A stretch of 64,000 nucleotides of DNA from Candidatus Kapaibacterium sp. (GCA_963664875.1 OY761611.1:2144001-2208000), one strand, 5' to 3'. Numbered from the stretch's first letter, positions 46,301 to 56,733 are shown. Made by a program: numbers and translations. Notes: generated by a model from the sequence alone, not told the origin.

Positions 46301-46731
46301 ATAAAATTCATTCTGCAAATACCGAATTAGCAAGAACAGATTACAGATATAACTTACTCTTTACATCAATGCACCAAGGGGTTGTATTCCAAGATAAAAC
46401 AGGAAAAATTATTGATATCAATCCTGCGGCAGTATCCATATTAGGTGTAAATCCGGCTTTAGCTAGTCAAATGGATTCCAATTCCGAAGAATGGCAATCT
46501 TTAGACAAAAACAAAAAGCCTTTCCCGGGCGATAAGCACCCTTCGATGGTTGCATTAAGCACAGGGCAAAAAGTAGAAAATATTATCATGGGTGTTTACA
46601 ATCCAAAGCGTCAGTGCTACGTTTGGATTAAGATAAATGCTGTGCCTATCTTTGACGAAGAAGGAAAAGTGAGCCAGGTTTATACTGTTTTTGATGAAAT
46701 CGATTTTAAGGACGACAACAATGCTCAATAG
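43360..46731 (+). CDS. CheB methylesterase/CheR methyltransferase fusion with coiled coil and PAS domains
   Basis: VVGIGASAGG, VQHLSP, LSGTGSDGT, GVTRFFRD, GCSTGEEAYS, SCRNLLIY and ELQSSNEEL repeats; start at 43336 or 43360. Confidence 0.93.
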   Translation: MAISSDFNSEIFGNKNLLEFPVVGIGASAGGLEAMQEFFKKMPSKPGAAFVIVQHLSPDYKSLMDELLARYTNMKIHVVKNGMEIIENNVYLIPPKANMTIQGGKLYLTEISEKRSLNLPIDVFFRSLAQDQEKNAIGIILSGTGSDGTLGIRSIKEYGGIIMVQDDRSAKFDGMPRSSISTGLVDFILPPDKLAEELIIYIKHPFVKSKNEIENLLNTDQNSLSKVIAILRDLKGVDFGLYKQNTVIRRLEKRISINRFDNIDAYVNYLAENSKEANILFNELLIGVTRFFRDTEAFNKIKDEIVPEIINNTGTKQEIRIWVPGCSTGEEAYSLAMLFKEYMDENSTYKDIKIFATDLDSMSLEFAGIGLYPDSIISDVAPERLARFFTKRESGYQVNENIRSMIIFARHNLMQDPPFSKIDLISCRNLLIYFNTDVQQKVLSMFYLSLNPNAFMFLGNSESLGNLSDGFLVLDSKNKIYRMLQGFKPEIVYNYGTSALYKSRSELKNISAFLKNAKPKPKILEGVIDDILSDYIPPSVIIDENYEVIHTIHSVSSYLSLPIGQVSLNLMKMLEKELAIIVNSLIRKSSSTDSKVVIEINIGEDRKNLSISCKRLINRPTGEMFYLISFLEISLADKPTQLKKIESIELSSQYQERIEELEKELQYKSESLQATVEELETSNEELQSSNEELIASNEELQSTNEELQSVNEELYTVNSEHIRKIEELTELNADMDNLLKNTRVGNLFLDRELNIRKVNEVASRITNVLPTDRGRPIYHLSVKHLYDKFIDDVKSVIQTLQPVEREIQSQDKYVYLMRIIPYRTAENAINGIIITFVDITMLQQSRELVDSLRNRLENALVMGEMAWWEWDYQQNIVITGKGKYEMLGYSKNEIGTSYQDWTNLIHPEDLPLTMHAMKEYLENKREIYFVEYRIKAKSGQYVWYRDKGGIVEFTEDGKPKKLIGIVMNIDKEKAINSKYEDKIHSANTELARTDYRYNLLFTSMHQGVVFQDKTGKIIDINPAAVSILGVNPALASQMDSNSEEWQSLDKNKKPFPGDKHPSMVALSTGQKVENIIMGVYNPKRQCYVWIKINAVPIFDEEGKVSQVYTVFDEIDFKDDNNAQ

Positions 46732-49231
46732 TGATGAATTACGCAGAAAAGCGGAGGAACTTCTTTCCAGGGAGGGAATAATTGATAACTCGCTATTCCA
46801 AAAAGATTTAAAAGAACTTGTGGAAGAGCTCTCCATCTACAAAATTGAGCTTGAACATCAGAACAATGAACTTAAAAGATCTCAGTTAGATTTGAGTAGA
46901 GCAAAAGAAAGATATTTAGATTTATTCCAAAATGCTCCACTTGGCTATGTTGTTCTTGATTCGGATTTCAAAATCAAAGAAATCAACAACACCGCTTGTA
47001 CAATGCTGAAATTGGACTATCCTAAGATAATTGGTAAAGAAATTACTAAATTTATTCATCCGCTCTATCAGGATACTTTTTACTTTTTCTTTCAGGATAT
47101 ACTAAAGCAAGCTGCTGTGTATGACAAAAGTTGTGATTTGGAACTCAGGAAAAGCGATTTCTCTTTCTTTAGTGCAAGGATCCATAGAACAGAAAATCAA
47201 GGCAAAGATACTCCCGAGAATATTCGTCTTTCTATAACTGACATTAGTAACGAAAAGTTTTTAGAATCATCTCTTGTAAAAGAAACAGAGAAAGCTATTA
47301 AAAGTGAACAAATGTTCCGCCTGATTGCACAAAACACCTCGGATGGGATAATTTTGATAAACTCAGGTGGTGAAATAGAATATACGTCTTTAGCCTATCT
47401 TAGCCAAATAGGCTTGAGTGAACAAAAAGAACTTGGAACAAATATCTACAACGCAATTGATTTTGTACACCCGGAGGATAGAGCATTTATTCTTGAAACT
47501 TACAAAAATGCGATAAGCAATAATTTAGATACTATTACTTATGCTTTTAGAATCAAACATAAAGCCGGCTACTACATCTGGCGTGAAAATCATACACGAT
47601 TTTTGTATGACGAGAATGGGAATCACACTAAAACAATTGAAGTCTGCAGAGACATTACTAAACGCAAGGCTGCTGAAAAGTTATTGCAGGAACAAACGAG
47701 TGCTCTTAATCAAATATTTGACAACGCTCCTTATGTCTTACTGTTATTAGACAAAAACCTAAAGGTCGAAAATATAAACAAACAGGGAATACAATTCACT
47801 GGAAAAAAAGTGAACGAAGTATTTGGTAATTTGAGCGGTGCAGTTTTTAATTGTGTAAATTCTATGGCTGGAGGAGGTTGTGGTCTCAATCCTGATTGCA
47901 ATAAATGTCCGATAAGAACATCTGCAGTTTCAACCTTGAGTAACGGGAGCGAAATATTCTCTCAAGAAGCAAGAATGAAGCTAATTTTCGGTGGAGAGGA
48001 AAGGGATATTGATATGATTATCTCCACAAGTCTTCTAAATATTAACGGTGAAGACAAGATCCTGCTTTCCATAGCTGATAATACAGAACGTAAAAAGGCA
48101 GAAAGGGAATTGCACAAAACCGCCAAGTTGGAATCGCTTGGAGTTCTGGCAGGCGGGATTGCACATAATTTTAAAAATATCTTGACGGCAATGAGTTTGT
48201 CTCTCGAAATTATTAAAATCAAACCAAACAGATTAGAAGAGCATCTCCACAAAATTGCAATAAGTATTTCTCAGGCGACTGCTCTTGTAACTAAGTTTCA
48301 GACATATTCTAAAGGTGGCGGTCCTGAATTGCGTCCAACCAATCTGCATGAACTAATAGAAGATTCGGCAGACATGGTACTGTCAGGTTCAAGTTCTACA
48401 GTTGAATTCAATTTCGCTTCTCAAATCGAGAAAGTAATGCTTGATGACAAACAAATGCAGGAAGTATTTGCAAATTTATTAATTAATGCCGATCAGGCTA
48501 TGCCAAGAGGCGGAAAGATAAAAATCAGCACGTGGCTTGATGATATTGACTCAAATAATAAATTCAAACTTTCTCCTGGGAAATATATTCATGTCGATGT
48601 TGTTGATAAAGGCATGGGTATCCCTTCGTCGCATCTGGAAGAAATCTTTACACCATTTTTCACAACTAAAGATAAAGGTCAGGGTTTAGGCTTATCCTCG
48701 GTATTTTATATCATTAGCAAGCATAATGGGCATATTTCCGTTTCTTCAAAAATAGACGAAGGTACGGTTTTCAGTATTTATTTGCCTTATGTGCCGACGA
48801 CTGAGAAACTAATCCAAAAAGACTTACAACCGGAGATAAATCTTCCGGAAGGACATTTGATTTATCTTTTAGATGATGATTTGGAGATAATTGATAATCT
48901 CAATGATTTGGCTGAAAGTCTCGACATCAATCTTGTTACATTTTCAAATCCGAATGATATAATCAATGCTTTTGCTCAGGATAATAATTCCGAAAAAGTG
49001 TCTGTGGTTATTCTCGATTTGACGTTAAAGGGCTTTAGTCTCAATGGATTTGATGTATTGAACGAACTGAAAAAAATCAAATCTGATGTGAAAGCTCTTG
49101 TATTCAGTGGACATTCTACTATGCCAATAGTCGCTCAATATCGCAAATATGGATTTTTTGGCAGAATTGAAAAGCCATTTGACTTACATCAATTTTTGCA
49201 TGCTCTCGAATTATCAATGAATGATGCTTAG
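46721..49231 (+). CDS. PAS-domain hybrid sensor histidine kinase with C-terminal receiver domain
   Basis: LGVLAGGIAH, NLLINADQA, D.GMGI, FTPFFTTK, GQGLGL; receiver motifs LDDD, ILDL, SGH and KPF. Confidence 0.92.
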   Translation: MLNSDELRRKAEELLSREGIIDNSLFQKDLKELVEELSIYKIELEHQNNELKRSQLDLSRAKERYLDLFQNAPLGYVVLDSDFKIKEINNTACTMLKLDYPKIIGKEITKFIHPLYQDTFYFFFQDILKQAAVYDKSCDLELRKSDFSFFSARIHRTENQGKDTPENIRLSITDISNEKFLESSLVKETEKAIKSEQMFRLIAQNTSDGIILINSGGEIEYTSLAYLSQIGLSEQKELGTNIYNAIDFVHPEDRAFILETYKNAISNNLDTITYAFRIKHKAGYYIWRENHTRFLYDENGNHTKTIEVCRDITKRKAAEKLLQEQTSALNQIFDNAPYVLLLLDKNLKVENINKQGIQFTGKKVNEVFGNLSGAVFNCVNSMAGGGCGLNPDCNKCPIRTSAVSTLSNGSEIFSQEARMKLIFGGEERDIDMIISTSLLNINGEDKILLSIADNTERKKAERELHKTAKLESLGVLAGGIAHNFKNILTAMSLSLEIIKIKPNRLEEHLHKIAISISQATALVTKFQTYSKGGGPELRPTNLHELIEDSADMVLSGSSSTVEFNFASQIEKVMLDDKQMQEVFANLLINADQAMPRGGKIKISTWLDDIDSNNKFKLSPGKYIHVDVVDKGMGIPSSHLEEIFTPFFTTKDKGQGLGLSSVFYIISKHNGHISVSSKIDEGTVFSIYLPYVPTTEKLIQKDLQPEINLPEGHLIYLLDDDLEIIDNLNDLAESLDINLVTFSNPNDIINAFAQDNNSEKVSVVILDLTLKGFSLNGFDVLNELKKIKSDVKALVFSGHSTMPIVAQYRKYGFFGRIEKPFDLHQFLHALELSMNDA

Positions 49232-49398
49232 TTATGTTAACTCTCAGGGATGGATTCTTTTCGAGAGTTTTGAGCAAAAAGCAATTGCATGAGATTTAGT
49301 TTAAGATTCAACTTAGTGCTCTATAACAAGAAGCCAAAAATGTCATTAGAAGATTAAACAATGGTAGATTCTTATAAATAAGTGTCTGCTACATTTGA

Positions 49399-49686
49399 AC
49401 ACCCCGTCACGTCTTCGACGTGCCAGAGGCTGTCTCAGAAGTCAAAATGTGCTCTGTATAAATGTAGAATCATTTTTCCACCCCGTCATGCTTCGCATGC
49501 CACCCCTCAAGAGGGGAATTTGTAAACACCTCAAATAAAAGCAGTTATAATACAATGTAGCACTATTGTAGTTGTTGAATTATAAATATCTTAAATTGAT
49601 TACAAGACAGCCTCAATTTTGATTCCCCTTCTTGGGAAGAAGGGGTGCCCGAAGGGCGAGGCGATGCACTGAGCTTGCCGAAGTGT
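49399..49686. repeat. cluster of REP-like palindromes with a MITE-like segment
   Basis: CACCCCGTCA..TGCCA at 49400 and 49479; CCCCTCAAGAGGGG at 49503-49516; inverted repeats GAGGCTGTCT (49426) and AGACAGCCTC (49605-49614); CCCCTTCTT-ggg-AAGAAGGGG; CTGAGCTTGCCGAAG. Confidence 0.7.
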
Positions 49687-49844
49687 AGTTGATGCTTTAT
49701 GATTATAAACTTACCTCAAAATGGTAAGCCAATCTTACTCATTTGACAACCTTTTATTGTTATAACTCAAAATCAAATAAGAATTTAGATTGAATTTGCT
49801 TTTTCTAATTACAAATCTCCGATGAAGCAAGCAATAATTGCATA

Positions 49845-50693
49845 CTATCTTTTCCTGTTATAGAGATACATGGCGGCAGATACTATAATCATTATCGAGC
49901 CACCTATGATGCTATATACATCTGAGACTTCACCCCAGAACATAAAGCCTACTGCTGCAGAAAACAGTATATGGGAATAGTTGTAAATAGTTACTTCCGA
50001 AGCAGGTGCGTATTTATAAGCATAAGTCAAACCAAACTGACCACCTGCAGCAAAAATTCCGGTTGCTAATAGTGCAGCTAATTCTATCCATGTTGGCATC
50101 ACAAAGTTTGCTGCGACTGCAGGAATCATACCAAGTACAGAAATCAGGCTGAAGAAAAAAACAATTGTTGCAGGCTTTTCCCTCGAACCAAGGTATCTGA
50201 CAAGGGTGTAGGCAGCTCCGGCTACTGCTGCTCCTACGAAACCGGCAAGGGCAGGCAGCACTGACAAATCAAATTTCGGTTTAATAATCAGAGTTGCTGC
50301 AGCAAATACCAATATAAGTGCAGGTATTTGCATTTTTGATATTTTTTCCTTGAGAAATATGTATGCAAAAAGCACTACAAAAAAAGGAGACAGTTTATTG
50401 AGCATGGAAGAGTCGGCAAGGTACATATTATCAATCGAATAAAAATACAGCACTACACCGGTGAGACCAAATAAAGACCTTGCAAGTAGAAACTTTCTGT
50501 TCTCAGGCTTGCCGAAAAGCAAATCTCCCGACTTCCTAATAGAAATATAAGCAATTACCAGACTAACCAAGTTCCTAAATAACACTTTCTCAAATATCGG
50601 CAAATCTCCTGCAAATTTGACCATTGCTCCCATAAATGCAAAGGAGAGTGAAGACGCAAGCATTAAAAGAACTGATTTAGTCTTATCCGACAT
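49845..50693 (-). CDS. EamA/DMT family transporter
   Basis: Ten hydrophobic segments; LSPFF..LFAYIFLKEK and AYKYAPAS; likely start MSDKT. Confidence 0.88.
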   Translation of the reverse strand: MSDKTKSVLLMLASSLSFAFMGAMVKFAGDLPIFEKVLFRNLVSLVIAYISIRKSGDLLFGKPENRKFLLARSLFGLTGVVLYFYSIDNMYLADSSMLNKLSPFFVVLFAYIFLKEKISKMQIPALILVFAAATLIIKPKFDLSVLPALAGFVGAAVAGAAYTLVRYLGSREKPATIVFFFSLISVLGMIPAVAANFVMPTWIELAALLATGIFAAGGQFGLTYAYKYAPASEVTIYNYSHILFSAAVGFMFWGEVSDVYSIIGGSIMIIVSAAMYLYNRKR

Positions 50694-50783
50694 CTGATTC
50701 CTAATAACAATATTGAATAAAATAGTTAGTGCAGAGTATTTTACCGCAAAGAGTCCGTTTTGCAAATACTGATACAATAGCGG

Positions 50784-51677
50784 TTACATTTTCGCTCTTT
50801 TGGTTAGATATTCCCGAAGAGCTTTGTCGAATGTATCTTCAGTGCTGACCAAATGGTAGTCTATTTTATGTAGCTGACATTCACGTTTGACCTGATTGAT
50901 AAAGTCACTCACGGCTCCTTTGTAAGCTTTTTGGATTTGGTAAGGCTGAGTAACAATTTCTTCGCCCGTTTCCAAATCAATAAAATTAGCACCGTCCCCG
51001 AAGTCAAAGTTAATTTCTTTCGGATCGAGCAACTGCATAGCTAAAACATCATGATTTCTGTGTCTGAAATGTTTTAGAGCATCAGTAACTGATTTAATTT
51101 CATCGAAGAAATCACTAATAATTATCACTAAGCCCCGGCGTTTGATTCTTTCTGCAAGTTCATCTAAGGCTTTGGCTGTCCCTGTTTCGTTTGCAGGTTG
51201 GTAATCATCTAAGGTTTTTAATATTGGATGTATAAACGAAGGCTTAGAATTTGGAGGTAAAAATACCTTGAGCTCCGAATCGTACAAAGCAAGACCTACT
51301 GCATCTCGCTGACGTATAAGCAATGTAGCGAGGGCAGCTGCTAAATAGGTAGCATATTCGAATTTACTTATATTGCCTTTAGATGCATATCTCATTGAGG
51401 CTGATGCATCGATTGCAATTACTGCTCTTAGATTTGTTTCTTCTTCATATTGCTTTACATAGTATTTGTTTGACCTGCCGTACACTTTCCAGTCGATGTG
51501 CTTTATTTCATCACCCGGTCGGTATTGCCTATGTTCAGCAAACTCTACAGAGAACCCATGGTAAGGAGACTTATGCAAGCCTGTGATAAAACCTTCGACC
51601 ACGAGCTTTGCTTTCATCTCGATATTGGCAATCTGTGCTATTACTTCAGGTTTTAGATACTTTTTATAATCGTTCAT
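50784..51677 (-). CDS. DUF58 domain protein (MoxR-associated, vWA-like)
   Basis: GLHKSPYHGFSVEFAEHRQYRPGD, IDWKVYGR and DASASM. Confidence 0.93.
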   Translation of the reverse strand: MNDYKKYLKPEVIAQIANIEMKAKLVVEGFITGLHKSPYHGFSVEFAEHRQYRPGDEIKHIDWKVYGRSNKYYVKQYEEETNLRAVIAIDASASMRYASKGNISKFEYATYLAAALATLLIRQRDAVGLALYDSELKVFLPPNSKPSFIHPILKTLDDYQPANETGTAKALDELAERIKRRGLVIIISDFFDEIKSVTDALKHFRHRNHDVLAMQLLDPKEINFDFGDGANFIDLETGEEIVTQPYQIQKAYKGAVSDFINQVKRECQLHKIDYHLVSTEDTFDKALREYLTKRAKM

Positions 51678-51794
51678 TTAAAGCTCTTTTGTTTTTTGCA
51701 GTTTCCGTATTGATTAGTATAGCGGAAGACAATCTTGTTCAAAAATATGGAATAAACAGCACTGATAAAAATATTTTGGGAAGCTGTTTTGTAT

Positions 51795-53330
51795 TTACTT
51801 TATTATGCAACATCGCTTTCTGATTGTTTGACTTCCTATATCAAGCCTGTAAAAATAAACACCTGAGCTGAGTTTCCCTGTGTCATAAGTAAAACTATGC
51901 TGCCCGGCACTCATTTCTTTATCTATAGCAGTATCTGCCAATCTACCGTCCAAGCTTTCTATGTATAAGCTAACGTGAGCGTTTGATTCTAAGGTAAATT
52001 CAATATTAGACACTTCCTCTGACGGATTAGGTGATACTTTGACTTTATGACTCTCAGCATCTTCTTCCACAGAGTAACATTTATCAGATAGGAATGCGGC
52101 TATAGCAGAAGGACTTGAAATATTGCTCCTATAAGTCCAGGCTATCCATACATTGCCGTCATAAGAATCGATGCCTAAGTAATCGCCCAAAAAATATTCT
52201 GAATTGGGGACTATTGGCAGAGCATTTATTTTCATTACCTGAAAAGTTTCTCCGCCATCTTTAGAAACCGATAAATAGATGTCACTTTTGCTATTATCTT
52301 CATAATTTCTATTGTCATAGTATGCTGCATAAATATAGCCCGTTATAGGATCTACATCCATCCATGCCATAAACTGATGACTATCGCCGTAAGCGTCGCT
52401 TATGTCTTTGGGTTGGCTCCAAGTCTCTCCGCCATCATCTGACATGGTAAGGTAAACATTTGTATTTATGCTGCTTACTTGAGCGGAATATAATATATAT
52501 ATTCTGCCATTGTACTGAGAGTTTGAAATGTCGCAGGCTGTTACCGGTAAGCCATTGCATCTTTTATAGTTTGGTATGTCATAAGTCCAACCTCCGGGTT
52601 GGTCAGTTACAAATATATCTTTACCAAATGAGAAGCCTCCATCAAGAGATTTGTCGAACATTATACCAAGAGGTCCTGACCAGCTTACATAAATTTCTCC
52701 GTTTGGGCCGGTGCATGGCACTGCGCCCTCCACTGTCTCGTCCAAATCTATACAATTACCGGAAACATCTGAGATAACTATTGGTTCAGACCAAAACTCC
52801 CCCGAGCTCTCGCTACTCGAAAATAGAATTCGAGTACTGTCCCCAGGGTCTTCACTGCCATATAAATCAAACTCTGTCCAAGTTGTATATAGATTGCCAA
52901 ATCTTGGCGATTCGGGTAAGACATCAGCAACAATCCATTCTTTGTCATGTTGAGTTACGCCATTATAACCGATGCCTTTATCTATATCCCACGACTTACC
53001 GCCGTCTGTGCTTCTTTGGATAACTATCCTGTCCAGCCAAAATTCGGAATTGGATAAATGAGCATAGTAAACATTACCCTTAGCATCAAATTCCAGTGCA
53101 GGATCTCCCCAGACACCGTTCTGTGAGGAAATTGAGGAAGAAATCCATGTGTTACCCATGTCAGTAGTGTACCACAGCTGCTTCAAGTTGGCACCTACTA
53201 CTACGTTATATGGATCTGTAGGATTGATTGCAATTGAAATTTCATTGCCACTGCCAAGGTAATAATTTGGGATGTCCGAAGCTAATGCCACGAAACAATT
53301 TAATATAAACAGAAAAAGCATTTTTTTCAT
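51795..53330 (-). CDS. secreted BNR/Asp-box (sialidase-like) protein with T9SS C-terminal domain
   Basis: Signal peptide; repeated S.DGG.T/SW/F Asp-boxes; C-terminal PNP...SSGVYFYRL. Confidence 0.85.
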   Translation of the reverse strand: MKKMLFLFILNCFVALASDIPNYYLGSGNEISIAINPTDPYNVVVGANLKQLWYTTDMGNTWISSSISSQNGVWGDPALEFDAKGNVYYAHLSNSEFWLDRIVIQRSTDGGKSWDIDKGIGYNGVTQHDKEWIVADVLPESPRFGNLYTTWTEFDLYGSEDPGDSTRILFSSSESSGEFWSEPIVISDVSGNCIDLDETVEGAVPCTGPNGEIYVSWSGPLGIMFDKSLDGGFSFGKDIFVTDQPGGWTYDIPNYKRCNGLPVTACDISNSQYNGRIYILYSAQVSSINTNVYLTMSDDGGETWSQPKDISDAYGDSHQFMAWMDVDPITGYIYAAYYDNRNYEDNSKSDIYLSVSKDGGETFQVMKINALPIVPNSEYFLGDYLGIDSYDGNVWIAWTYRSNISSPSAIAAFLSDKCYSVEEDAESHKVKVSPNPSEEVSNIEFTLESNAHVSLYIESLDGRLADTAIDKEMSAGQHSFTYDTGKLSSGVYFYRLDIGSQTIRKRCCIIK

Positions 53331-53651
53331 TCTTTAGGTCTCTTATTAGATAAGTTCATAGCAATATAAAAAAATATAAGCGTATTTGCTATTTCCTCTT
53401 TACTGCTTATTCTATTTTATACTTTACCAAAGAGAATGTATATATTATTTTTACACTTTAGTTATTCAATCTATATTGAAGAGACTTTAAATTTGCACTC
53501 GAAAACGAGCTTGTATTCAATAAATTGCCAGATGGGAATTTAATTTTGAAACAAAGGCAAATACTAAATCGTATTTAATCCTACAAAAGAAATATATGAC
53601 TATTTTGTCTGTTTAATTATTAGGTTTTGGAATGTAAAAGGAGATTATGAG

Positions 53652-55190
53652 ATGAAAAAGACCATTATGGCTTCGGTTCTGTTTACCACCATTGGTATCG
53701 TGATGGGTGTGCTTCTTGTATCCAGCTTTAATTCTAACTCAATTGAGCGTTTGTTTGCCTCTGAAGATATGAAAATTGGCAAAGACGATGCACCTGTGCA
53801 TCTTCAGGCAAATGCAAAAACAATAAATGATGCCTTAGTCGCAGCAAGCGACGCTGTTATTCCTTCCGTTGTTTCTATAGGTGTAGTCACCGAAGCAAAA
53901 AATCCTCATCAGGGAATGGATGAATTTAGAGAGTTCTTCAAATTCTTTGGTATGCCTCAGGAAGAAAATAACGACGAAACTTTCAAATCTCGAGGCTATG
54001 GCTCAGGCGTTATCATCAATGAAGACGGATACATTGTTACAAATAATCATGTGGTGCAGGACGCCTCTGAAAATGGCATCACAGTCAGCCTCTCTGACCA
54101 GAGAGAATACAAAGCCGAATTGGTTGGAACTGATCCATTGACAGACCTCGCTGTTATTAAAATTGACCCTAAGGGAGAAAAGATTGAACCTGCTCATTTT
54201 GGGGATATCGCCAATGTCAAAATCGGACAGATGGTGCTTGCAGTCGGCAACCCTTTGGGACTCACTTCTACAGTTACCAGCGGTATAGTTTCTGCTATAA
54301 GCCGTGGTAATATTGGTGGCGGTAGATCCGGGGGATATAACATCGAAAATTATATCCAAACTGATGCTGCTATCAACCCGGGGAACTCCGGCGGCGGACT
54401 TTTTAATGTAAATGGTAGCCTTATTGGTATCAATACTGCTATCGCTACACGAACCGGCACTTACATTGGCTATGGATTTGCCATCCCTATTGATATTGTT
54501 AAATCGGTGGTTGCTGACATAATGGACGATGGTATGGTTAGCCGAGGATATATCGGAGTTACTATCAGAAGCGTTGATGCCACTTTTGCAAAATCGCTTG
54601 GACTCGAAAAAGCCGGTGGTGTTTTTGTAAATGGAGTGCTCGAAGATTCTCCTGCTGAAAAAGCCGGAATTAAAGAAGGAGATGTGATACTCTCGCTCAA
54701 CGGCAAAGAGCTCAATAGCTCTAATGAACTACAAGGGCAAATTGTGCTACACAAAGCCGGAGACGTTGTAGATTTGGTCGTATGGAGAAATGACAAAAAA
54801 ATCAATCTGAAAGTCAAGCTCGAATCGCGAGACGAAAAAGAGGAAATTGCTATCAAATCTGACAGCAAGGAAAAAGATGAAACAAAAGAAAAATCTGATG
54901 AGCCGTTAGAATTTGACAAACTTGGCTTTTCTGTCAAGCCGCTTAGTAAACAAATGAAAAAAGACTTTGAAGTGGAATCCGGCGTTTACGTTCACTCTGT
55001 GAAAAGATTTAGTGCTGCTGCAGAACGCGGACTTTTCCCTAATGGAGTAATCATTGAAGCTGACAGAAAAAAAGTCAGCTCAACCGGAGGGCTGCAAAAA
55101 ATAATTGATTCTAAAAGCTCCGGCGATGCCATCCTACTGCAAGTTAAATACAAAGAAACTACACAGTTTGTGGCAATCGAAATTCCATAA
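53652..55190 (+). CDS. htrA: HtrA/DegP-type serine protease with two PDZ domains
   Basis: TNNHVV, TDLAVIK and QTDAAINPGNSGG. Confidence 0.95.
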   Translation: MKKTIMASVLFTTIGIVMGVLLVSSFNSNSIERLFASEDMKIGKDDAPVHLQANAKTINDALVAASDAVIPSVVSIGVVTEAKNPHQGMDEFREFFKFFGMPQEENNDETFKSRGYGSGVIINEDGYIVTNNHVVQDASENGITVSLSDQREYKAELVGTDPLTDLAVIKIDPKGEKIEPAHFGDIANVKIGQMVLAVGNPLGLTSTVTSGIVSAISRGNIGGGRSGGYNIENYIQTDAAINPGNSGGGLFNVNGSLIGINTAIATRTGTYIGYGFAIPIDIVKSVVADIMDDGMVSRGYIGVTIRSVDATFAKSLGLEKAGGVFVNGVLEDSPAEKAGIKEGDVILSLNGKELNSSNELQGQIVLHKAGDVVDLVVWRNDKKINLKVKLESRDEKEEIAIKSDSKEKDETKEKSDEPLEFDKLGFSVKPLSKQMKKDFEVESGVYVHSVKRFSAAAERGLFPNGVIIEADRKKVSSTGGLQKIIDSKSSGDAILLQVKYKETTQFVAIEIP

Positions 55191-55216
55191 AAGCAAAAAC
55201 ATAATTAAAACCTTTC

Positions 55217-55252
55217 AGCCTTCGGATGATTTTAGTCCGGAGGCTTTTTTTT
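55217..55252 (+). terminator. rho-independent terminator
   Basis: AGCCTTCGGA...TCCGGAGGCT followed by a T-tract. Confidence 0.8.
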
Positions 55253-55404
55253 GATACTAATTAAAGCTGCACCTCAATAAATAGTTAGAAATACACTTGA
55301 TAAAAAAACCTTTCTAAATTAACTGATATTTTAATTTTATTATTCCAATATAAATATTATGTTGAATATGCCATAATGTTAATATAATTTTTAGAGAAAG
55401 CTTT

Positions 55405-56733
55405 ATGAAATCCTTACGTATGATTTTGATTTTATGCTGTATGTTAGTTCTATCTGCTCCTGCTTCACAGGCAGGTGAAATGAAGTTTTTGTGGTCAGAG
55501 GCATTGGATGAAGGATATGTTTCTGATATAGAATTTATGCCTGATAATGATTATTGTGTTATTGCAAGATACAATGTTCTCGAAATACGGGAAGTTCTTA
55601 CAGGACAAGTAATCTTGAGTAGAGAAGAAAATTTAACAGATATAGAATTTTCTGCTGACAGCACAAAAATGATTACAAGAAAGAATACGATCCTCGAAAT
55701 ACGTGATATTGAAACATTAGAAGTGGTACAAAGCATAGAGATGCCAACTGAAGATGGTGATTATCATTTGTTTTATGGTCAAATGCAAATAGATCCGATT
55801 AGACCACTTTTGTACTTAAGAATAGAATACATTATAAATCAGCCTGATAAAGAAGAAAGTAAATCTAAGATAGTTATATACAACTCTGAAACATTAGAAT
55901 ATGTAGGTGAGCTTACAGATGAAAGTCATTTTGATTTGTGGTTGATAAATCTTGCTGTTTCGTATGATGGTAAATACCTCGCTTCCATCAGCGAAGGCAA
56001 ATCAAAACTCTTAGTTTGGGATTTGGAAACAAGAGAGCAGATTGTTGACCACTATATGGCAACTCAAACTTCTAAAGAATTGGGAGAGCCTGGAGATTTG
56101 AAATTTTCAAGAGTGAACACAGATAATATTTATATAACAGGTAAGTTTCGACATTTTGCAAGTGATAAAGATCATCAAGGATTATCGGTTTACAATGTTT
56201 TTGAGAATAAAATTGTTGATGAAAGATTTAATATAGAAGAATCATCTTTTGGCATGAGCAAAATATCACTTTTTACTTTAGAAAGATATATATTATGTAC
56301 TTCAAGCAACTATACAAAAGTAATAGATTTTAAGGAAAACAGAGTGTTGTACGCTGTATTCCATAAAAAACCTTATTATTGGGGTGGTATTCACAAAATA
56401 TCGCAACAAAATAGAATAATTGGATATATGCCCAATACTTTCTCCGCAGGTTACTACGATTTTGATACATCTATAGAAGAAGAAATACATAAAGATGTAA
56501 TCTATCCCAATCCTACTACAAGTATAGTAACAATACCTTTTATCTGCGAAACAAGTGAACCAAGTTTATCAATTTTTGATTCCAATGGTGCAGATGTAAC
56601 ATCTCAGGCAGAATGGGATTACAACGGTGAAGATATTACTGTTGATTTAAGTCATATTAGTGTAGGAATCTATATCGTTAGAGCTGCTTGTGGTACTACT
56701 GTTGCGGATTATAAAGTTGTCAAGGAGAATTAG
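55405..56733 (+). CDS. secreted WD40-like beta-propeller protein with T9SS C-terminal domain, paralog 1
   Basis: Signal peptide; S.DGKYLA..LLVWDLET; C-terminal IYPNPT...GIYIVR. Confidence 0.8.
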   Translation: MKSLRMILILCCMLVLSAPASQAGEMKFLWSEALDEGYVSDIEFMPDNDYCVIARYNVLEIREVLTGQVILSREENLTDIEFSADSTKMITRKNTILEIRDIETLEVVQSIEMPTEDGDYHLFYGQMQIDPIRPLLYLRIEYIINQPDKEESKSKIVIYNSETLEYVGELTDESHFDLWLINLAVSYDGKYLASISEGKSKLLVWDLETREQIVDHYMATQTSKELGEPGDLKFSRVNTDNIYITGKFRHFASDKDHQGLSVYNVFENKIVDERFNIEESSFGMSKISLFTLERYILCTSSNYTKVIDFKENRVLYAVFHKKPYYWGGIHKISQQNRIIGYMPNTFSAGYYDFDTSIEEEIHKDVIYPNPTTSIVTIPFICETSEPSLSIFDSNGADVTSQAEWDYNGEDITVDLSHISVGIYIVRAACGTTVADYKVVKEN

